Source: Candidatus Latescibacterota bacterium
Lineage (GTDB): Bacteria > Latescibacterota > UBA2968
NCBI GenBank assembly: GCA_965204375.1
Contig: OZ241986.1
Coordinates: 4,960,001 to 5,024,000 of the forward strand
Direction of reading: 5' to 3'
Length of the DNA stretch: 64,000 bases
Shown: in pieces, positions 58,201 through 64,000 of the stretch
Numbering within the stretch: position 1 is the stretch's first letter
How the letters are laid out: every line of letters begins with the position of its first letter
Position numbers and translations under genes: made by a program
Notes under the pieces: model-generated
The model's input: the letters and a program-made list of their open reading frames with translations, nothing else
Told to the model about the DNA's origin: nothing
The model's database searches: none

Positions 58201-59330
58201 CAAAGTCAATATGTTTATCGCAGCATTATGGTCTCTGTCCGTCGTATAGCCACACTTTTTACAACGATGCACACGCTGAGAAAGTGGTTTCTTTTCTCTG
58301 TGTCCGCATGCCGAGCAATCTTGTGACGTATAATCAGGCTTGACAGCTTTGAATCCAATACCAGCTTCTTCCGCTTTGTATTCGAGACAATGCCGAAACA
58401 GGGACCACGCTACGTCTGCTATTGATTTAGCCAATCGCCTGTTCTTTTGCATCTTTTGAACTTTCAGCTTCTCTACGGCTATAAAGCCGTGACGATTGAC
58501 CACTTTTCTTGATTCTTGATGGGCAAAGTTATGTCGCTTATTACGGATACGCTCATGCACTCTTGCAACAACCTTACGTGCTCTCTCTCGTCTCTTTGGA
58601 CAGACCTTTTTCGCCGTGTCCCATTTGCGCTGTGCTTTGGCAAGCGTCTTTTCCTCTTTTCTAAAGAATCGCTGGTTGGCTATTTTCTCGCCGTCACTGG
58701 TTACAGCAAAGGAATTAAGACCAACGTCAATGCCTATGGCAGAGCCAGCATCCGTTTTTTCAGGCGCGTCGCCCATATCACAAGAGATAGACGCAAACCA
58801 TTTGCCAGTAGCCGTGCGAGTGATGGTGCAAGATTTAGGAATGCCGTCAAGGGGCCTGTGCTGGACAACACGAATACAACCTATTTTGCCCAAACGCAAG
58901 CCTTTATCGTCTAATCGGCAACCGTTGGAAAATTGAGGATAGGTGATAGAATCATAGCGATTCTGTCCTTTGTATCTGGGAAAGCCGGCTTTCTCGCCTG
59001 TCTTTGCTCTTTCTTTGAGACGGCGAAAGAATCCTTTGAATGCCAAATCAACCCTTGTTGATACTTGTTGCAATGCCTGAGAATATACTTCCTTTAATGT
59101 AGGACGCTGTTGTTTCATCAGTGGTATTATTTTGTTCTGTTCATAACGAGACAGAGACTTATTTTCATTTTTCCACGCCTGTATTCTCGCACAGAGAAAT
59201 TGGTTAAACAGCAATCGACATTCTTCAATATGCGCCATCAAGATATTCTCTTGCTTTTTCGTTGGACGCAATCTGTATTTGAATGACTTAACCATAAGTA
59301 AAATATACACTTATGCACGCACTATGTCAA
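58136..59330 (-). mobile_element. IS200/IS605-family tnpB-only element (no tnpA nearby)
   Basis: tnpB plus right end GAAGCCCAAC..GTTGGGAGTAATCAC ending at 58136. Left boundary not resolved; drawn to the promoter -35. Confidence 0.7.
58177..59295 (-). CDS. tnpB: RNA-guided endonuclease TnpB
   Basis: KYRLRPT N-terminus, RuvC D (GIDVG), E (AVEKL), D (DRDHNAA), zinc finger CSAC..CKKC. ATG at 59295. Confidence 0.93.
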   Translation of the reverse strand: MVKSFKYRLRPTKKQENILMAHIEECRLLFNQFLCARIQAWKNENKSLSRYEQNKIIPLMKQQRPTLKEVYSQALQQVSTRVDLAFKGFFRRLKERAKTGEKAGFPRYKGQNRYDSITYPQFSNGCRLDDKGLRLGKIGCIRVVQHRPLDGIPKSCTITRTATGKWFASISCDMGDAPEKTDAGSAIGIDVGLNSFAVTSDGEKIANQRFFRKEEKTLAKAQRKWDTAKKVCPKRRERARKVVARVHERIRNKRHNFAHQESRKVVNRHGFIAVEKLKVQKMQKNRRLAKSIADVAWSLFRHCLEYKAEEAGIGFKAVKPDYTSQDCSACGHREKKPLSQRVHRCKKCGYTTDRDHNAAINILTLGLQSQVD

Positions 59331-59420
59331 GCGATATAGCAACGCTCATATACGCTAAAGCTACAAAGGCTATTGGATAACTTATTGTTCGCAAGCTATA
59401 TCATGTCAAAATTTATTCCC

Positions 59421-59632
59421 TTGCCTTCAGATATGCGCTTGGCTAATTTATTTCATCTTGTCATCGTTTAATTTTACTTTGTACACCTATGGGACTGTGA
59501 AGTAAAGCTGGGTTCTGAGGAATAATCTCATACTCCTGTAAATAGTCCCAATTAGCAATCAGACTTTGGCAAATAGGCGAAGGCAGACTTGTTCGCGCGG
59601 ATCATTAAAGTGCGACCCGGCCTGCCTTTTTT
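59421..59632 (+). ncRNA. Promoter plus ~175-nt terminated non-coding transcript candidate
   Basis: TTGCCT-N17-TAATTT (59421-59449); 9-bp helix 59490-59498/59542-59550; terminator AAGGCAG...CTGCCTT-TTTT. Confidence 0.4.
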
Positions 59633-59658
59633 GTAAAGGTTAGTAGCCTTAATTTTAT

Positions 59659-59687
59659 TTGGAACACGCTGTTTTTTTATGTATGAT
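59659..59687 (+). promoter_or_regulatory. Sigma-70-type promoter upstream of the TA cassette and M28-FtsX gene
   Basis: TTGGAA-N17-TATGAT. Confidence 0.55.
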
Positions 59688-59713
59688 AACATCTGATTTT
59701 TAGATTGCACGAC

Positions 59714-60061
59714 ATGTGGCCTGTTGAATTTTACCAAAATGAAAACGGACAAGAGCCTGTCAGAGACTTTTTGCTTTCGCTTCACCCAAAGCCAAGAGGA
59801 AAGGTCTTGCAGGTGATTCAGATCCTTTCAGAGTTTGGTATCAATCTCCCCTTTTCCTATTCGAGTCAAGTTGAGGGAAGGCTGAGAGAACTGCGAGCGG
59901 GTTATGGCAAAAATCAATATCGCGTTCTGTACTACTGTAATGCGAATCGCGTTTTTGTCCTGTTGCACGCATTTGAAAAACGAAGCCAGAAACTTCCGCA
60001 AAGAGAAATCCGAATTGCGATGGAACGCATGATGGCTGACCGGAAACAACAAGAGGGATAA
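59714..60061 (+). CDS. Type II toxin, RelE/ParE superfamily (HigB/Gp49-like)
   Basis: W.VEFY...G..PV..FL, LRELR, YRVLY, VLLHAF.K..QK.P..EI..A. Confidence 0.88.
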   Translation: MWPVEFYQNENGQEPVRDFLLSLHPKPRGKVLQVIQILSEFGINLPFSYSSQVEGRLRELRAGYGKNQYRVLYYCNANRVFVLLHAFEKRSQKLPQREIRIAMERMMADRKQQEG

Positions 60062-60065
60062 AAAT

Positions 60066-60371
60066 ATGGCACGCCAGAAGACAAGTACTCAGACATTTCT
60101 CGAAGAACAATTGAAAGATCGAGAAGTCGCAGAATCATTTTACCAGGGACTTGATGAACTGCGGCTTGCGGTTAAAATTGCTCAACTGCGGCAACGTCGA
60201 GGATTAACACAAGCGCAATTAGCAGCGAAGCTGGACACCAGTACACCGGTAATTAGCAGATTGGAAAACCGTGGAAATTGTACCATCAGTACCCTTAAAA
60301 AGGTCGCCGAAGCATTGGACGCGGTAGTGCAAATTGACATCGTGTCTAAAGAGTCACGCCCTGGAATGTAA
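60066..60371 (+). CDS. XRE-HTH antitoxin (HigA-like)
   Basis: R...GLTQAQLA..L.T....ISRLE, T..TL.KVA.AL; downstream of the toxin. Confidence 0.88.
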   Translation: MARQKTSTQTFLEEQLKDREVAESFYQGLDELRLAVKIAQLRQRRGLTQAQLAAKLDTSTPVISRLENRGNCTISTLKKVAEALDAVVQIDIVSKESRPGM

Positions 60372-60411
60372 TTGAAACAATGGACACATCTGATTTTCTG
60401 AAAGGAACACC

Positions 60412-63400
60412 ATGAACCGTCGCATCGGTTGGTTGGCATTGATCGGGGTTGCTGTATTTGGGTTTGGCGCGGTCATCTCAGGACCCGATACGGTTGACCC
60501 TTTGCTACGTAATGTGCTGGGATTGCAAACACCCGAACCCGTAGAACCAGCCCCAGTACCGGGTGCCGAAGTCGTAGCTGATCTCGTAAAGCGCGAAATC
60601 ACAGAAGCAGAAGTGCGCGCATTAATGGCCACCTTCACCCAGTATAAATCCCGCGTTCCGGGCTATCCGGGACACGATGCCGCCGCGCAATTTATCGAAC
60701 AACGCTTTCGCGCACTTGGCTTAAAAAACGTAGAAACAGAAACCTACGGCGTAACTTCACCCGTAGATGAAGGCAGCCAATTGACCATCATCTCCTCCGG
60801 CGAAGTCTTTCCGCTATCCGGGCTATGGCCCAACCTGGTCAAAACCTCCACCTTGCCACCGGGCGGCGTGCGAACGCGCCTGATCGACGGAGGCGACGGC
60901 GAATTTAAAGCATTCGACGGCAAAGAAGTGGAAAATACCGTCGTACTCCTGAACTTTAACACCTGGAACAAATGGCTCAACGCCGCAGTACTGGGCGCAA
61001 AACAAATCATATTTATCGCCCCAGATACCACATCCTATACACAGGCCGAAACAAAATTTTTGCAAGTACCCAACAGCGTAGAGCGATTCTGGATCGACCG
61101 CGAACACGGAGAACAATTGCGCGCGCTCCTATCAGACCAGGGCGAAATAGAAGTACAACTCGAATCCCGGATGCCCTGGAAGAAAGACGACGTCGCCAAC
61201 GTACTGGGCTGGGTTGAAGGATCGGACCCAGAACAGAGCAAAAAAATCGTCGTCATCAACGCCTACTACGACGCCATGTCCGTCGTACCCGCACAGGCAC
61301 CCGGCGCTGAAATGGCGTGTGGCATCGTCGCACTCATGCGCCTCGCTGAACATTTTCAAGCGCATCGCCCCAAATACACCGTGCTCTTCCTCGCATCGTC
61401 CGCACACCACCTGGGATTTCGGGGTATATGCGACTTTCTGAACCGGCACTCGCGCAAAGAAAAGCACTTTGCCGCACTCATGACCGAACCCATTGACATC
61501 GACCTGTTCATCGGGCTGGACCTCTCCAGCCAGACAGACGAAATGGGCGTATCGACCCAGACCGCCGGGTTTGGCGTCAATACAGCGGTCAATTATTTCT
61601 CCACGCGATTTTTTGCCACATTTAGCAAATCCTTTGTACGCTATGCAACCGCCATTGCCGAAGGCATGGGCGTGCCGTCAAAAGACGTCATGGTCGATGG
61701 CATCAACCCCAAAGGCGGCATGACCTGGGACATGTACATCCCCGGCGAAAATATCAAAAGCGACAGCGAAGTCGTACTCTATGCGGGCACCCCCGCACTC
61801 TCATTGTCAACCGTGAACGACGCGCGATTCAGGGTGGATACCCCTCTGGACCGGGCCGAGTATATAAACTACGCCAACCTGACCAAACAGATTCGCGTAC
61901 TCGCGGGCATGCTGGATCTATCGTTCAACGACGGGGAATTTTTGCCCGACTACAAGCTGGACCCCATCGATCGCATGCGCGGCCTCAAGGGATATGTGCG
62001 CACCTTCCCGCGGCGCAGTATCACACCCGATAAAGCGCGCCCAGGCGCAATAGCCGCCATGCGGATGGGCCTGGAAAAATCGATCAAAGGCGTGCGGCGC
62101 ATTTACTACGACCTCGCAGATGAAAACGGCGAATACTATATCCCGGGCGTGGCAGAGCGCCGCGTACACGTGCGGGCGTACTATATCGATCCCCACAGCG
62201 GCGAAATCACGTACGCGCCCAACCAGGGACGGCAGGGCAAAATCTACAGCGGCCATTTCAACATGAACTGGTGGATCACAAAACAAACCGTCATCCTGTT
62301 CCCCTGCGTAGCAACCGATTTCTACGACACTGTCGATCCCCGATATCTGAACACCTTATCCGACATCAGCGTCTATGGCGTGGGCAATACAGCACCGCAA
62401 GAATACGGTTATGACATCGGGTTTGGGCCGGACGAACCCGTCGGCGTGGTCTATACATCGCCCGGAGAAAAAGTAAAAATAGCCATGCGCGCAGGCGCAA
62501 TCGGCGTGCGCTATTTGCTACTCAACTCAAAAAGCGCGGATAACGAGTGGGATGCCCGGGGCGAGGGATTTCAAACCCTGTCATCAGGCGCACTAATCCG
62601 CACGCCCTATCAGGCGGCGCGAGATATGTGGATGTTGAACGAGTCGCGCATGCGAAAACTGCGCCAGTACTCAATTGAAAATCAGCGACTGGAAGTATTG
62701 CACGCGCAGGCCAAACAACATTTAGACGAAGCAGAAACCGCACTGCAAGAAAAACAATGGGATGCCTTTGTAAAACACACGCGCGCGGGCATGGGCATTG
62801 AATCGCGGGCATATCCAGACGTAAAAACAACGCAAAACGACGTCATCCGCGGCGTAATTTTCTTCATGCTCCTGGTCATCCCCTGCGCGTTTTTCCTCGA
62901 GCGGTTGCTCTTTACCTTTTCCGATATTCGCATGCAAATCGGTGGAATCGGCGCGGTCTTTGTCGTCATCTGGATATTCCTCTCACAGGTACACCCCGCA
63001 TTTGACCTCTCCAATCCCTTTGTAATATTGCTGGCTTTTGTCATCTTGGCACTGGCGATCTTTGTCATCTCGATTCTATCGGGCCGGTTCAACGAAAACA
63101 TCCGGCGACTCCGCAGCGCCGAGGTATTATTGCACGAAACCGACGTGGGGCGAATCAGCGCATCAGTCGCGGCATTTCAACTGGGCATTGCCAACATGAA
63201 AAAGCGCAAAATGCGCACATGGCTAACATTTGCAACCCTGGTACTCCTCACCTTTACCGTGCTGTCCTTTACCTCTATCAAATCGGCACTGGAATTTCAC
63301 CAGCTTCACCGCGATGTGGAAGGCCCATATCCCGGCATACTGATCAGAAGCAAATTCTGGGGACCACTGGAAGACACAGCTTATGATTATGCGCGGATAA

Positions 63401-64000
63401 ATTTCAAAGACAGAGGCACCGTAACGCCTCGAAGCTGGTATATTGCGACACGAGAAGACAAAAAATCAAAAGCCGTAATCCGGTATGGAAAGAAAAATTC
63501 CCGCGTCCAGGGGATCTTGGGACTGGCGCCAGAAGAAGCCCAGGTGACGCAGGTCGATACCTTATTGCGGATCGGACGCTGGTTTCAACCGGGCGAGTCA
63601 GCCTGTATTTTGCCCGATCGAATAGCGGAACTCCTAAGTATCACAGAACAAGACGTCGGCAAAGCGCACATTCGCCTCTTTGGCAAGCAACTCACAGTAA
63701 TCGGATTGATCGACTCTGAGAAAATGCGTCGATTTGTCGATCTGGATGAAGAACAGATAACGCCGGCAGATTTTCAGGTTACCGAAGACGAATTTATCAC
63801 CGCCATGTCGCAGACCGAGACCCGCGAACGGCAGGGCTTGGAGCGCCCCGAAGTCGATACCGTACCATTTGAGCATCTGGACCCCGATGATACCCTGATC
63901 GTATCCTATGCTCTGTTGCGCGATGTGGGCAGCCCACTGCAGTCCGTAGCCGTGCGGTTTCAAGAAGAAGTGGATGTAGAAGCCGAGATCAAATCATTCT
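60412..64000 (+). CDS. Large membrane protein: M28-peptidase-like ectodomain plus FtsX/MacB-like permease region (partial, runs off right edge)
   Basis: Absent from the ORF track because there is no stop in the window. ATG behind AAAGGA. Segments translated in this frame give SRVPGYPG, NVLG...IVVINAYYD, APGA, a TM cluster, LGIANMKKRKMRT.LT and, at the edge, QEEVDVEAEIKSF. Confidence 0.8.
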   Translation, partial: MNRRIGWLALIGVAVFGFGAVISGPDTVDPLLRNVLGLQTPEPVEPAPVPGAEVVADLVKREITEAEVRALMATFTQYKSRVPGYPGHDAAAQFIEQRFRALGLKNVETETYGVTSPVDEGSQLTIISSGEVFPLSGLWPNLVKTSTLPPGGVRTRLIDGGDGEFKAFDGKEVENTVVLLNFNTWNKWLNAAVLGAKQIIFIAPDTTSYTQAETKFLQVPNSVERFWIDREHGEQLRALLSDQGEIEVQLESRMPWKKDDVANVLGWVEGSDPEQSKKIVVINAYYDAMSVVPAQAPGAEMACGIVALMRLAEHFQAHRPKYTVLFLASSAHHLGFRGICDFLNRHSRKEKHFAALMTEPIDIDLFIGLDLSSQTDEMGVSTQTAGFGVNTAVNYFSTRFFATFSKSFVRYATAIAEGMGVPSKDVMVDGINPKGGMTWDMYIPGENIKSDSEVVLYAGTPALSLSTVNDARFRVDTPLDRAEYINYANLTKQIRVLAGMLDLSFNDGEFLPDYKLDPIDRMRGLKGYVRTFPRRSITPDKARPGAIAAMRMGLEKSIKGVRRIYYDLADENGEYYIPGVAERRVHVRAYYIDPHSGEITYAPNQGRQGKIYSGHFNMNWWITKQTVILFPCVATDFYDTVDPRYLNTLSDISVYGVGNTAPQEYGYDIGFGPDEPVGVVYTSPGEKVKIAMRAGAIGVRYLLLNSKSADNEWDARGEGFQTLSSGALIRTPYQAARDMWMLNESRMRKLRQYSIENQRLEVLHAQAKQHLDEAETALQEKQWDAFVKHTRAGMGIESRAYPDVKTTQNDVIRGVIFFMLLVIPCAFFLERLLFTFSDIRMQIGGIGAVFVVIWIFLSQVHPAFDLSNPFVILLAFVILALAIFVISILSGRFNENIRRLRSAEVLLHETDVGRISASVAAFQLGIANMKKRKMRTWLTFATLVLLTFTVLSFTSIKSALEFHQLHRDVEGPYPGILIRSKFWGPLEDTAYDYARINFKDRGTVTPRSWYIATREDKKSKAVIRYGKKNSRVQGILGLAPEEAQVTQVDTLLRIGRWFQPGESACILPDRIAELLSITEQDVGKAHIRLFGKQLTVIGLIDSEKMRRFVDLDEEQITPADFQVTEDEFITAMSQTETRERQGLERPEVDTVPFEHLDPDDTLIVSYALLRDVGSPLQSVAVRFQEEVDVEAEIKSF

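Larger units (their letters stand above)
59689..60397. mobile_element. TA cassette bounded by a 12-bp direct repeat
   Basis: ACATCTGATTTT at 59689-59700 and 60386-60397. Confidence 0.6.

Noticed and set aside
58177-59295. Nuclease-dead TldR-type repressor or Cas12f
   Set aside because: All three RuvC acidic residues are present and there is no CRISPR array.
60744-63963. Many short track ORFs in the last 3.5 kb, suggesting a gene-poor or decayed region
   Set aside because: They are shadows of one long + strand frame from 60412 that has no stop within the window.
1-64000. tRNA, rRNA, tmRNA, RNase P, SRP RNA, or an FMN riboswitch before the rib genes
   Set aside because: No recognisable consensus seen by eye; a covariance-model scan would be needed to exclude divergent copies.

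Overview
Bacterial chromosomal window of moderate GC with mostly housekeeping and metabolic genes. The GWxTD-domain protein, DUF6785-like and M28-FtsX membrane proteins, PhyH dioxygenase, long SecA and Na+ bioenergetics suggest a marine FCB-related lineage such as Latescibacterota; this placement is inference only. Recognisable blocks: ABC, DASS and MFS transporters; a sigma-70 factor; an M16 peptidase; a ROK/TPP-enzyme/PhyH/amidohydrolase cluster; nqrABCDEF with apbE and an nqrM-like gene; a 10-gene mrp antiporter operon; rlmH; an S55 peptidase and beta-propeller pair; ribD(C-terminal only)-ribE-ribBA-ribH-nusB; secA; CIRCE-groESL; a solo tnpB with an intact omegaRNA end; a HigBA-like toxin-antitoxin pair; and a large M28-like/FtsX protein that runs off the right edge. 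Best leads: (1) a cassette of two paralogous winged-helix-like proteins plus a TIR-domain protein inserted exactly at the ribD/ribE junction between degenerate direct repeats; (2) a sigma factor with a 58-aa ORF missing from the ORF track, flanked by hairpin RNA candidates whose loops share or complement TCCCTCCCGA, with further UCCC-loop RNA candidates elsewhere in the window; (3) an M16 peptidase built like a polyprotein, with an internal membrane anchor followed by a second signal peptide; (4) a TA module sitting between a promoter and its gene, bounded by a perfect 12-bp direct repeat. No rRNA, tRNA or CRISPR array was seen. All family assignments come from reading motifs by eye; no database searches were run.
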